Of a DNA stretch of 32,628 nt, positions 1-11,264 are shown piece after piece; positions within the stretch are counted from its first letter, which is position 1; each line of letters starts with the position of its first letter. The stretch covers positions 1-32,628 of the forward strand of contig JAUCBJ010006018.1 of the NCBI GenBank assembly GCA_032718475.1. Reading direction: 5' to 3'. Made by a program: the position numbers and the translations under genes. The notes under the pieces were generated by a model, which had not been told where the DNA came from, searched no databases, and saw only the letters and a list, made by a program, of their open reading frames with translations. This DNA is from Nemertoderma westbladi (taxonomy: Eukaryota > Animalia > Xenacoelomorpha).

Positions 1-2
1 TG

Positions 3-680
3 TCAGCACGCTTTGCCTACAGTGCTCCCTTTCTGTGTCCCTTTGTTTCTTTGCGCAGCCGAGCTGCAACCTTGCAATATCTCTATCAACTCGCAATCGG
101 CCTTCAGTTCCTTGGACAGCTGCGCTATGGCCATATCCTCATGTGCTTTGTCGCCGCTGAAGAAATGACATTTTCTGCAGACGAGTTTGCGACAAACATC
201 GCAGTAACTGTCCGTGTGGTACATCGAACACGGCGGAGTGTCGGAATCTTTGTGGTTCGGTCCGCCGGCTTCTTTGACGCGTCTTTGGCGTTTCGGCCGC
301 TGAGTGTCACTCGAATCATGTTGACAGCCGTGTCGCGGGTAACACAAACTACACAATTCAGAGTAGCAATGACTGCATTGGTTTGTGCCTTTAGATTTAT
401 CGCAGCGTTCGCAGGATTTCTCTAAACGCAATCTGTCGCATAGCGAGGCTATAAGCGTGTTGCGTTTGAATGCGTCCACGTCTCCTGCTACGGTAGTTAC
501 TTGCCGACATTGCGGGCAGCTAACAGAAACGCAGCCAGAACGTCGTCTGTCGAGTTTACAATATTTTTTGAGGCATAGGAAGCAGTAGGTATGTAAGCAG
601 GATAACGCCCTAGGGTCGCAAAATACTCGCAAACATAATACGCATTCCAACTCTCTTTCAAAACTCGCTAGAATATCCAT
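3..680 (-). CDS. TRIM-like RING finger / B-box protein (putative E3 ligase); C-terminus short or spliced beyond the window
   Basis: N-terminal C3HC4 RING (CVLC...CLHTYCFLC...CPQCR) followed by the typical N-x-L-x-S-L segment, a B-box1-like CERC...CSHC...LCSLC...H and a B-box2-like C...H...YCDVCRKLVCRKC...H. Confidence 0.85.
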   Translation of the reverse strand: MDILASFERELECVLCLRVFCDPRALSCLHTYCFLCLKKYCKLDRRRSGCVSVSCPQCRQVTTVAGDVDAFKRNTLIASLCDRLRLEKSCERCDKSKGTNQCSHCYSELCSLCYPRHGCQHDSSDTQRPKRQRRVKEAGGPNHKDSDTPPCSMYHTDSYCDVCRKLVCRKCHFFSGDKAHEDMAIAQLSKELKADCELIEILQGCSSAAQRNKGTQKGSTVGKAC

Positions 681-3269
681 ATATCCAATTTTAAAATATA
701 TACGAATTGGTTTGTATTTAGATTTTACTATAACATTAAAATAACACGTCTTATATTAAAATAACCGTTAAGACTAGCCTATAAAAAAAATATTTTTATA
801 AATATTTTCCTATGGTATAACAATAACATGACTAATCATTATAAATAATTAACTAATACCTAAAGTTACAAAGATAATTAATTAAGAAAGTATATATAAT
901 AATATAATTATATTATTAAACACATTATAAAGTAAATTTAACTTATCTCAATTAGCTACGACACTACGCATAATGAGGGCGTAGTTGTGCAAACTTCGAA
1001 TTTTATTTTACCAAATTCAAGAGGCAAAGTACAACCTAGCCAAATCGACACAATGACAACCGAATATCCACTGGTTCAATTCGACCAACTAAACTTGTAG
1101 CCTTGACTAACGCGGAAGTGAATTACTGAAGAGACTGTATGCATTCATCATCCATATAGCCAGGCTTGGGTGGTAACCAGATTGCTAGTGGTTAACCATC
1201 ATCACTGAGCTAAAAATAGACATTAATGGGCAAGAAGAAACGTTGCAGTGTGCTGTGCCAACCAACCAACGGCCTTCAATGGGAGAATGGAGAGAGCCGG
1301 CCAGTGAGATAGTATATGGGGCGTTATTTTGCCTACTGTCCAATAAATCACATTCGCGAAATGATGTGTCTCTTAAGTGGAACTGGAACCTTTAAATTAA
1401 ACAAAAACCGTCGGGATCTTTTAAATTGGACCTTGATAAATTCATAAATTACTTTATTGATAATCACCGTACTTTACACAATTACTGGAAATTGCCGGTT
1501 AACGTTTACTCAGTCAAAGACTAGAGATATCAGTAAAGATGATACATAGATAGAGATATGAGAGCATGGACGTTTGGGCTGATGTGGAATTTAAGCTTAA
1601 AATATAATCGGAATTGCCCCTGGGTTTGTCAACACACGCCTCTCCCCTCCCGCTCCAACTTATGATACTATTTTCAAATTCAAAAAAATAAATAAATGTA
1701 AGTACTGGTATCGGCATACTGCGATTTATTGTTGTTTATCGAACTTTGGGTCATGGTCAACACTTCCAACAACCATGTCAACACTTAGAAATTAATGTCA
1801 TCTTGACTGCAGTCATGGTAACATCTCCATCTCAGTCTGAAAACGAGTATACGTTTATAATACTTTCACTGTAGGTAGACGCATGACGCTTAGTTCGTAT
1901 GGCAGTAGGCCTAGTGTCAACATGGTTATGGTTAGTATAGATCAAATCGCCTGTGACTTCCATTGGATAGGTAGTAAACAGGAGTTAGTAGTAAAAGTCA
2001 CTGCTGAGTAAATCTACGCCCACCAAGCGAAGTGAATCCCAGTGCGAATGATGTAAATCCCATCTCGCCGAATTAATATTTCGTCCCAATGTTTAATTGT
2101 AAATTTGGGGAAAGGAGCAGGTCACTGCAGTGACGCGTTATTCTAATCATAACAGAACAGGTTACAGTATTATTTTTGAGAGTAATAAGCTGTTTTTTGC
2201 GTCGATTTTCCACTGAAGTGTGCATTTTGAATCCGTCGAAGTCGCCTACCCCTCCCCCCTATCTGCCCAGCCAGTAGTGTGAACGTATTATACCTACTGT
2301 AGTAAATGTCATTAAAACATACTCATTAAAAATCATTCGTATAACGCAACTACCTGGTATCGTTTGTGGTGCTTGTTTGGTGTGACGAAAAATACAAGTA
2401 GTATAAAATTTCAAACGTCAAAAATCGAAATTGGTTGGATAATACGATATTTATGAGTGTCATATTCGTGCTTAATGTACAAGTAAACCCGTAATGTCTT
2501 AAAATCAGGTTGATTTGGTAATGATGTTCGATTATCAAATTTGTGCTACTTGTATTTTTAGTGCAGAGCATTGACACATATCCAAAATTGACGTAATCAA
2601 CAAGGTACGATATATTTCAGTGACCGTGATCATCATTCCCACATGTCTAAAATAAATTTGATTTTGTGGGGATTTTTCATTATCATATTTGCACTACTTG
2701 TTTTTTTCGCGCCCCAGTTGGCACATTCAAAATTACCAAGAATTTTCTTAAATTTTAATATTTGAGTAATATAATCGTGATCCACATCCAAAACCGCTAT
2801 ATACCGCAAATAAAATTTTTAGTGAACTATAATAACTTTTGAAAATTAGCACAAAAATTACTAGTGATGGGTGCCAGAGAGTGACCACAGCACGAAAACT
2901 AATATAGCCATGTAAATCGCGTTTGCTCTGTCGGATAGCCTATTTAATTTTAGGAAAAGTCACGATATTTCTTGTTTCCCAACAAACCTGACTCAAAGAT
3001 ACAATGAATTACAAAAAAATTCTATAATCCTACCAGGAAATACTACCTGATGATATGTTTGGGCAGTTTACGCCCTCGTGAATTTATTGTAAAATATTGG
3101 GATATGAAAATATCGCGTTTAAAATCTTGAACTTCTAAGCCATTTCTCATTAAGTAACTTTTCATTAAACGCCTTCTGCTGAGGGGGGGGGGGGGGGGGG
3201 GGGGATAGAAACGGGGTTTAATTGTGACAGTATGTGGCCTTGGGAGTAAGAATGGACCCCTATACTGCC

Positions 3270-3501
3270 GTTGTATGGTAAAACACTGTATCTCGAAAAT
3301 TTTCGATTTCAATTTTTACACCGATTCTGACTAATTCAAACCTGATATTTCTCATGGTGCCATCCGTTTTCTACCATTTATTATAGTTTACAAGTTAGCA
3401 GCGTCGCTAAAACACTGTATCTCACCAAATCACATATTTTGGGAATTGCTAATACGGTAAAACACTGTATCTCTACTAGATACATTGTTTTACCATACAA
3501 C
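3270..3501. mobile_element. Small MITE-like element
   Basis: GTTGTATGGTAAAACACTGTATCT at 3270 is inverted at ~3478-3501 (AGATACATTGTTTTACCATACAAC). AAAACACTGTATCTC recurs internally at ~3410 and ~3459. No clear TSD. Confidence 0.5.
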
Positions 3502-3849
3502 TGTTAGAGTGTTTTTGTATACAGCTGAGTTTTAATTATTCGAGTTACAGTGTTGTTCTTCAATTAATCATTACATACAAACTATATACAATACACTAAA
3601 CTAAGCAAAAACTAACGGTTTAATACCACTGGGATATGTATTTCGAGCCGCGCCATGCATCCCTTCATGAGTGTCGATAATGGCTTGTCAATAAGGAAAT
3701 TGGAGAAATGAAGGTCTTCAAATTTGAAGAGTTTGCTTTTTGTGTAAAAAATTTTTTGAATGTGTTATTCCTCAACATAAACTCAAATTGTGGAACATCT
3801 TAGGTGAACCATGAACTAAACTTACAACTCGATTATGAAGATCGGCTTG

Positions 3850-4720
3850 CACTTAGGTGCAGTGATGGTGGACCTAGCAACATTCCAGCCACCAGATCTC
3901 ACGGTCAGCCATAAACTTTCCGAGTTCATCCCTTTTCTCAAGTCCAGTATCCTTCTGCAGCCGTTTTAGGAATGCAATTGGACGCCTAATCTCATCACAC
4001 ATTGCCACTGTGCACTGCACAAGGTTGTGCACATGTTGATTCTGCTGGCGAAAACAGTGCCCAGTAACTTTAGATGGCGTCTTTACAGGGTGATGCTTGG
4101 TCTTGGCAATGATATGTTGCCGTAGTTGTATAACACCTCATTGCCTATATGTGTGCATCATAAGCAATGTTGTGCACCCTGGGCAGCATCCTGAAATATG
4201 TACCATCCGGGGGGTGTCTGCAGTTGTTAGAGCATAGAGCAGTACAGGCACCACTGCTGCATGGAAAAGGCATGCATTTAAAGAGCATGATATATAGCAT
4301 TCATATATCACAGCTCTTCCAGATCCTGGATAGCTTGCGGATGGCAGACCAGACTTTCCCTTTGTGAATTCGGAGATATTCACCAGACCTTCAAACCCGA
4401 TGATCTAAGGTAGCAGAACTCATTCACATGAATTACCAGTCCATCCAGCGATTGAATGTTACAGTATCACGATCGATTTTCTGTTGGCCTGAGTCAATGT
4501 TTACTGTTAGAATTTTGGTCTTTGTGCTATTCATTAAGCTGTTAAGAGGCCAACGCTGGAAGCAGCCTCTTTAAGCTAGATAGCAGCTTCTGTGCTCCCT
4601 CCAATGTCTCTGACAGTAAATCAAAATCATCAGCTAAGTCAAGATGTTCTGTTGATGACCGACTCCCACTACTACACGGCTACCTGAAGGTGTAGATTTT
4701 TCCATAACTTCCACAACCAT
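3850..4720 (-). mobile_element. Degenerate 3' fragment of an RTE-type non-LTR retrotransposon (approximate limits)
   Basis: Minus-strand translation gives an LDLADD-like RT catalytic motif at ~4626-4645 and the C-terminal LQKDTGLEKRDELGKFMADREIW at ~3890-3960. This matches the copy at 28.7-29.9 kb. Many stops and frameshifts. Confidence 0.7.
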
Positions 4721-6967
4721 CAACTCTATGAATATCAAGATTCCGTTAACACTGCATAATACAAACTAACCTCATGATTTTAGGATGTTATATTTCATGA
4801 AGTTTCACATTTGTTTAAAAGTACACATTCCCAACTAACCTTGTAGAATATACAATATTTCACGCATTTGTCGTTTGTTTTAATGGCGGCTCATTTATAT
4901 TTGCTTTTCTGATTTTGATTTCCTTTTAGAAAATCACAATTTTTCATATTTTACATTAAATTGATGAGTTTCATGAATACTTATAATTATGATGGGATAG
5001 AGAGAGTGAGATAGATAGGAAAGGCAAGTAAAATACATTTGAAATAACTTAAAATAGCTGTATTTGGAAACACTGTATGTGTACACTACACTTTCGATTT
5101 AATTAATTAATTCATACAATATCTATTTAATAATATAAGTTTGTCCCCAGAATGTAAACAAAAATCGATGTGAACATATTTCGTGAAGACTTTTAATTAT
5201 TATAATATAAGATGGAATATGGATATTACAATATTCGCGGAATTACAAATAACTGTCAATCAAACGATTAGGAATAATAACTAGAAAAGAAAACGACCAT
5301 TTAGAATGTTAAAGAAATAACAAATTAATTAAGTAGCAAAATTGAAAAAAATTAAAGAAAACAAACTCACAAAATATTTATTAATGTAAACGAATAAGTA
5401 GGGATATGCAATAACTATTTATAAGGAGCACTGGGTGAGATATTAGCACAATAATAAATGAAAACCCAAGAATATATGCATTGCACTAATTGTTACTGAG
5501 GTAGTAAATATAAAAGATAATAAGAAAGTAGAGAGAACACTGCAAGTTAATATTCAAACTACTTTCGCTTATTTACATTGCGTTAAACTAAACAACAGCA
5601 CATAGACAGCGGTAAGCCGTAACAAACTAACTCGTATAATTAATGTATTGTAGTATCTTCTACTACAAAACTGAAAGAAAAACAAAATTTTACAATACGA
5701 AATAGTTTTCTTAGAATGTTTTTAACAAAATTAATAACATAGTTGGGTAATACTGAAACAAATATCCATTTAGATTTCAGTCACTATCGACTATGACTGA
5801 CTAATAATATCCAAATCTATCAGAACCAAGATATTTTCAACCAGTTTACGGTTCAACTCAAATAGCTGCATGTACCCATGTTTCAATTTGGCTTTGCATT
5901 AATTATATGGCTCACTGTAAATTACTAAATTCTTAAAGTCACTAACAATTGCCGAAAGATGAATAATAACGAACTTAATTCAACATAATATTGCATTTAC
6001 AAAAAACAGGAAAATTTCAGCACCAAAAATGGCGGATAATGAAAATTAAGGAACCGAAGCAAAAACATTTAATTTCTAAACAAATAATGTGGGGCGAGCC
6101 ACGAAGTGAGCCGCGAAGGCCCCACGAACGTGTGTAATTGGCGATGAGACAACAAGAATAGGAAAATATACAATTTGGTATAACAGGAATAAACTAATTT
6201 AAGAAAATAGAAAAGGGGTTTACGTGACAAAACACTAAATCATTATCAGCTCAGCACCGAGTAACAACAATAAAGATATAAGTTTCGTATTCCACACCTG
6301 GTTTAACACAAATCCTTCCGCACGAAAAATAATATTAATAAATTATAATATTAATATTAATGACAAGGTTACCGAATGTAATAGAAATAGTCCAGCAGAA
6401 TCTATGAAACCTGAGTGAAAATAATTGCACTTACTGAATTCATATAGACACAAATGTTTTATAGGCAAATAGGCATTATTTACAAATTATATAAAAATCA
6501 CAGAATAAACTACTGATCTTTATCAAAAAAAAATGATGAATATTAACCAAAATTACTACACTAATGGATATCGTGACAGATTTATGGTCTCGCTTCTAAC
6601 GTTAGATAAAATTGTACTATTTTAACAAATAGTTGATATCGACTGTAAAGTAGCTAAAATACGATTCTATTTAAATAAGCAATGAAAAGCACTGTAATGA
6701 AGAAGCAGGAAAAAAATACAATCTAATTAATAGCGAAATGGAAATATGAATGGCAGTATCAGAAAAATAATATAACAATTAAAAAAAAATAAACGTTTGT
6801 TATTGATATAGTCCTAAAGAAAATAATAACAACGTATAATTCTAATTATATTTATAAGCCACTTACAAAATTAAATATGAGACTCAGACTCATATATAAG
6901 ACTCAGACATTGGCAATGAAATCAGTTCAGAATAATTCATTAAATAGTTTATCAAATATCCATCAGC

Positions 6968-9900
6968 CTAAAACGACCCGCCTCCTCCAATCTGTCCGTA
7001 AGAAGTCATTCCTAGGGCACCGTTACCAAGTAGGTTGCTATGGCTACCAAGGAAACCCATGCCGTTAGCGTTGGAAGGTGAACTCGGTTGCTGGGGATTG
7101 ATACCATGGTAACCAGCTGCGGAGGAGGTCGTCGTCGGATAATTATTGCCTAGCATGCCAACAGCGCCTGATTGGTTGCTAGAGACGCCTGATTGGTGGC
7201 CAATAGGGGTTGGCGTGAACGTGTTGTTATTATTATTGTAGGATGGGGAGAAAGTGGGGGGTTGTGACTGGGAGGGAGTAGAGACGGGAGAGGGAGCTGG
7301 GTTGTTACCGGACCACTGCATGATGGAAGCCAAGGCGGTGTTGCGGGCCAATAGATCGAGGTTGCACTCGAGGGGGGACCGAAAAGGGGGGCGTTGGGGG
7401 ACAGGAGGAGGGGGGAACAACCCAGCGGCCCCGTTGGGGGGCAGATAGCGGCCGGGGGGCAGCATAGGGATGCCCATGGGCGGGGGGAAACCCCCGTTCC
7501 CGTTGGCGAACTGGGCTAACAACGCCAGCTGATTGGCGGTTAGCAACTCCGGCTCCGGCTCCGCGTAATCCTCGTCGCCGCGATACTCGGGGACGCCGCT
7601 AGAGGGCGCCGGGAAGGGGCCCCAACAGCGGCACAACGCGACGCCGGCCGACGTCTCCAACTCGGTTCCGTCGCGACCCGCGTGTAACGGCCGGTTGTCG
7701 TTCCACGCGTTCCGATTGTGGATCTGGCTGAACGGAACGATTCCCCGTTTGATCCACTGCATTATGAAACTCGCCTCCTGGTTGAGTTGATCCCGAGTGG
7801 CTCCGGAATCCATCTTCCCGTAACCATAGTAGCAACCCGTGCCCTCGACCGTGACTATCATGTAGCTATCCAGGGTCTCTCGGTAGGCGCGGTTTAGCCG
7901 ACGTTCGTTCTGCAGCACCGTGGTCCACTGCGAGGTCTGCGCGGAAGTCTCGATGACTTTAACGCTGGAACACTTCATTAGGAAGAAGCGACAGGGCGGC
8001 CCATTGACGGTGCGGATGTTCCCGCTAGGAGAGATAGGACCCGCAACAACGGGACTGCCTGCCCGCGAGCTGCCGCCGCTCCGGTAACCCATAGCCACGC
8101 GGTCCTCCTCGAGGATCCGCGAGACGACCGCGTTCCCGAAGCGACGCGGTTCCGGAAACTCCGGCGGCTCCGGCTCCGACGGTCTCGACGACTCCGGGGT
8201 CGACGGGTTGTTACTCTGGGTGAAGTAATCCGCGGTCATCGGCCGGGGCCGCTGGCCCACCCCGGGGGGTTGGTGCAGCCCCAGGGCCTGCTCCTCCGTG
8301 GTCAGCACCCCCACGACCGCCTTCACTACCGCCTCGTCGTTATCGCTGTACGTCTTCGCCGGCATCCGCATCCGTCGGAGGAACAACGAGTGCCACTTCT
8401 GTCGCAGACCGAAGAGCAGCGAGGCGTTCTCCGCCTCCAGTCGGAAGGCGATCCAGTCGTCGAGTTTCAGCGAGGCGCGATTGTCGTCGGGTTGATCGTC
8501 CACCTCGGAGTCGGAGTCCAACTCCTCCGAGTTCTCGTTGAGGATCGAGTCGACCTCGGCGTCCGGGGCGTCCGGCGCGCCGAGCTCCGGCACGCCGGAC
8601 GCCGCGAACACCGGGGAACCGACGAGCGAGTCGCGACCGAGCCGAGCAGGCCCGACGAGGAGCAGCACCGAGACCGGGGAGACGACGGTCGCGCAACGGA
8701 GGAGCGACGCGCGGGGGAGGAACCCGCGCGCGGAGTCGTCGTAGATGAGCCAATCGGTGGGCGCCGCGTCGGGACCGCGTCGCAACGGGACGCCGGCGCA
8801 CACCGACGCCGGATGGAACCGGGAGCCGGCGTCCTGGGCGGTCACCAAGCGTCCGAGGTCGCGGTCCACCCGCACCACGTTGGGGTAGGAACCCGCGAGC
8901 AACGCGGCCTTCACCACGGCCCAGTTCTCGCTGTTCGTGTTGAGATCCCGGATGTCACCCTGGCCGCGCGCGCGAACGAACCCCGCCGCACGTAGATGCC
9001 CCAACAACGTGGCTCGCAGCCCCACAATCATCTCCATAGCGGCGGCCGACACAAAGTTCCTATCGCAGAAGTGTCTCTCGTTGTTATCGTTACGAGCGCG
9101 TTGCCAACCCTGGAAGGCTCGCAGCAACGCCATGTGGTCCGAGAAGGTATCCGCCGCGAACTTGCGTTTGGCTTCGACGGCGTGTCGCTTGCGTGTTGGA
9201 TGCGTCGGGACGGTGAACGGGTCTCGTTGAGCGACGCAGCTGGCGACAGTGAGGATCGGATCGATACACTTGAGGGCGATGCTGTAGAGGAGCATCTTCC
9301 CGAGGTAGGGCTGGATGGGAAGGTCCGCGAGGTGCTGCCCTAGGTCGGTCATGTTCTCCGCCGAGTCGAGAGCGTCGATGGCCTTGAGCATCTCGACCGC
9401 GTGGGTGACGGCGCAGCTGCTGGGAGGCGTCGGGGCGCGACTGAGGAACTCGGCGATGGAACCCGCGTCGGGTTGGTTGAGCAACGCCGCCGCGTACAGA
9501 CACAACTCCTGCAACGGGTAGCGCAGCATCTCGGGTACCGCGTGCTCCCGCAGGGAGGCGTACCTCCGGGCGCTGTACAGCCGGTATACGACCCCCGACG
9601 ACCCCGCACACCGACCGGCGCGCCCCCGCCGCTGGTCCGCGCTCGCACGGGACACCCAGGCGTTCCGCACCGCGGATACGCCGCTCCCGGCCTCGAAGGA
9701 AACCTCTCGAACGCGGCCGCTGTCTATCACGTGGACGACGTCCTCGATGGTGATCCCCGACTCCGCGAGGTCCGTGGAGATCACGATCTTGGTGACGCCC
9801 GCGGGCGCGGGCCCGAAGACCTGCCGGAACGGGTCCGACTTGGCGTCGCCGCACTGGACGTCGGAATGGAGCGTAAAGATGAGGAAACGAGACGCGTCGG

Positions 9901-10411
9901 AGAACAGCGGGTCGTCGTAACGCAGACGGTCCCGGAGACAGACGATCTCGTCGTACCCCGGGAGGAAGATAAGCACCGCGCCGCAGGGGGATTTCTGGAC
10001 GACCTGGTGGAGGAGAGAGACGATAAGCTCGAAGTCGATAACGCCGTCGTCGTCGTTGAAGCCGAGGCTACGATAGACGTTGAGGAGATGGCTGTCTGTC
10101 TCGTCGGGTTCGACTTCCGGCTGGGGTTCGGATGGGAGGAGCTGAGCGACCACCTCGGGGTGTCCGTAAAAACGAGCCCAGTCCAACGCGGTGTAGCCGA
10201 CGCAGCACTGCGTGGAAGGGTTCGCGTTACAGTTAAGCAGCATCTCGACGGCGCCGGGTAGCCCTCTGGCGGCGACGGCCTGCAGCACCGAGATCCCGGT
10301 CTCCGGGTGCTGGTAGTCCACGTCGGCCCGGCCCAGACGGATTAGTTCCGCGACGTGGTTCAGCGGTTCCGTTAGGGCCGAACCATCGGGGTTGTTCGAT
10401 ACGCAATCGAT
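6968..10411 (-). CDS. YTHDC2: YTHDC2 3'-terminal coding exon: ankyrin repeats, helicase C-terminal RecA domain, HA2, OB-fold, YTH domain, low-complexity tail
   Basis: Motifs DYQHPETG..L (ankyrin), GAVLIFLPGYDEI, QRRGRAGR, SDHMALLRAFQGWQ, RARGQGDIRDLNTNSENWAVVKAAL and YTH (RFFLMK...W...WNDN...RDGTEL). The frame stays open upstream of the called GTG as far as a CAG acceptor (plus-strand CTG at 10412-10414), phase 0. Confidence 0.95.
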   Translation of the reverse strand: MDCVSNNPDGSALTEPLNHVAELIRLGRADVDYQHPETGISVLQAVAARGLPGAVEMLLNCNANPSTQCCVGYTALDWARFYGHPEVVAQLLPSEPQPEVEPDETDSHLLNVYRSLGFNDDDGVIDFELIVSLLHQVVQKSPCGAVLIFLPGYDEIVCLRDRLRYDDPLFSDASRFLIFTLHSDVQCGDAKSDPFRQVFGPAPAGVTKIVISTDLAESGITIEDVVHVIDSGRVREVSFEAGSGVSAVRNAWVSRASADQRRGRAGRCAGSSGVVYRLYSARRYASLREHAVPEMLRYPLQELCLYAAALLNQPDAGSIAEFLSRAPTPPSSCAVTHAVEMLKAIDALDSAENMTDLGQHLADLPIQPYLGKMLLYSIALKCIDPILTVASCVAQRDPFTVPTHPTRKRHAVEAKRKFAADTFSDHMALLRAFQGWQRARNDNNERHFCDRNFVSAAAMEMIVGLRATLLGHLRAAGFVRARGQGDIRDLNTNSENWAVVKAALLAGSYPNVVRVDRDLGRLVTAQDAGSRFHPASVCAGVPLRRGPDAAPTDWLIYDDSARGFLPRASLLRCATVVSPVSVLLLVGPARLGRDSLVGSPVFAASGVPELGAPDAPDAEVDSILNENSEELDSDSEVDDQPDDNRASLKLDDWIAFRLEAENASLLFGLRQKWHSLFLRRMRMPAKTYSDNDEAVVKAVVGVLTTEEQALGLHQPPGVGQRPRPMTADYFTQSNNPSTPESSRPSEPEPPEFPEPRRFGNAVVSRILEEDRVAMGYRSGGSSRAGSPVVAGPISPSGNIRTVNGPPCRFFLMKCSSVKVIETSAQTSQWTTVLQNERRLNRAYRETLDSYMIVTVEGTGCYYGYGKMDSGATRDQLNQEASFIMQWIKRGIVPFSQIHNRNAWNDNRPLHAGRDGTELETSAGVALCRCWGPFPAPSSGVPEYRGDEDYAEPEPELLTANQLALLAQFANGNGGFPPPMGIPMLPPGRYLPPNGAAGLFPPPPVPQRPPFRSPLECNLDLLARNTALASIMQWSGNNPAPSPVSTPSQSQPPTFSPSYNNNNNTFTPTPIGHQSGVSSNQSGAVGMLGNNYPTTTSSAAGYHGINPQQPSSPSNANGMGFLGSHSNLLGNGALGMTSYGQIGGGGSF

Positions 10412-11264
10412 CTGTCGGATAGAATTAACGAACGTATTATGGTTGGTTGGGGTGCTACAGATACCTGGACCGGTCGGACATACGTACGGATTTAATACAT
10501 TAATAAATAATGCTGGTCATGTAGGTAAGATGTAAAAAGGTTCTAATTAATCTGCATTACAAACATTCATACAACTTTCTAGTACGTTGGTTGGCTTATA
10601 AAAATTAATAAAACGTAACAACGGGCGTTATATTTATGTAAGTGACTCCGCATACGATTTTATTCGTATAATATTCGGGAGAGAGTGTTCTTCGGATTCT
10701 AAAGGATTGAATAATAACATCCGAACTGTTTGTTTTTGTCATAAAATATTTCAAACAACCGAACTAGAATATCCTATAACAACTTATAGCAGCAGCAAAA
10801 AAAATAGAGAATATATTTAATCCTAATAAAAGGACTTTGGGATGAACAATAACGATTCAAATTAACTGGCATCCCCCCCCCCCCCCCCCCCCCCCCCCCC
10901 ACCCCCTCTCTTTTTAAACACATTTTAAATTAAATAATATTTATATATTACGTACTCTGAAGACTACAGAGTATATACCATAGTTTTAAATGATAATTTT
11001 TACTTTGCATTAACTTGTGCTTTTAATCAACGTTTCCAAAAGTATTGGAGTAAATAAACAAATATATACATTTAACATTTACATCTGTTTTGTACCATAC
11101 AAATTTTGATTTTTAGTGATGATATATATATGTTTAACATTTACCTTTTGTTTAATATCGAAATATTTATGTTTTTGTTTTTCAAGATAGAAAATTTAAA
11201 AGATTCGGTCGGTTAATAATTTATTATCTCAATATATTGGACAACTACAGAATAATATAATTAC
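10412..11264 (-). other. YTHDC2: GT-AG intron of YTHDC2 (853 bp, phase 0)
   Basis: Donor GTAATT follows ...VWNE (11265) and acceptor ...CCGACAG precedes IDCVSNN. The join is in frame, GC drops sharply inside, and the intron contains a poly-C run at ~10873-10900. Confidence 0.9.

Noticed and set aside
1126-1150. Other CTGAAGA heptamers (~1126, ~10956, ~31449) as hammerhead cores
   Set aside because: None is followed by a stem II hairpin and GAAA.
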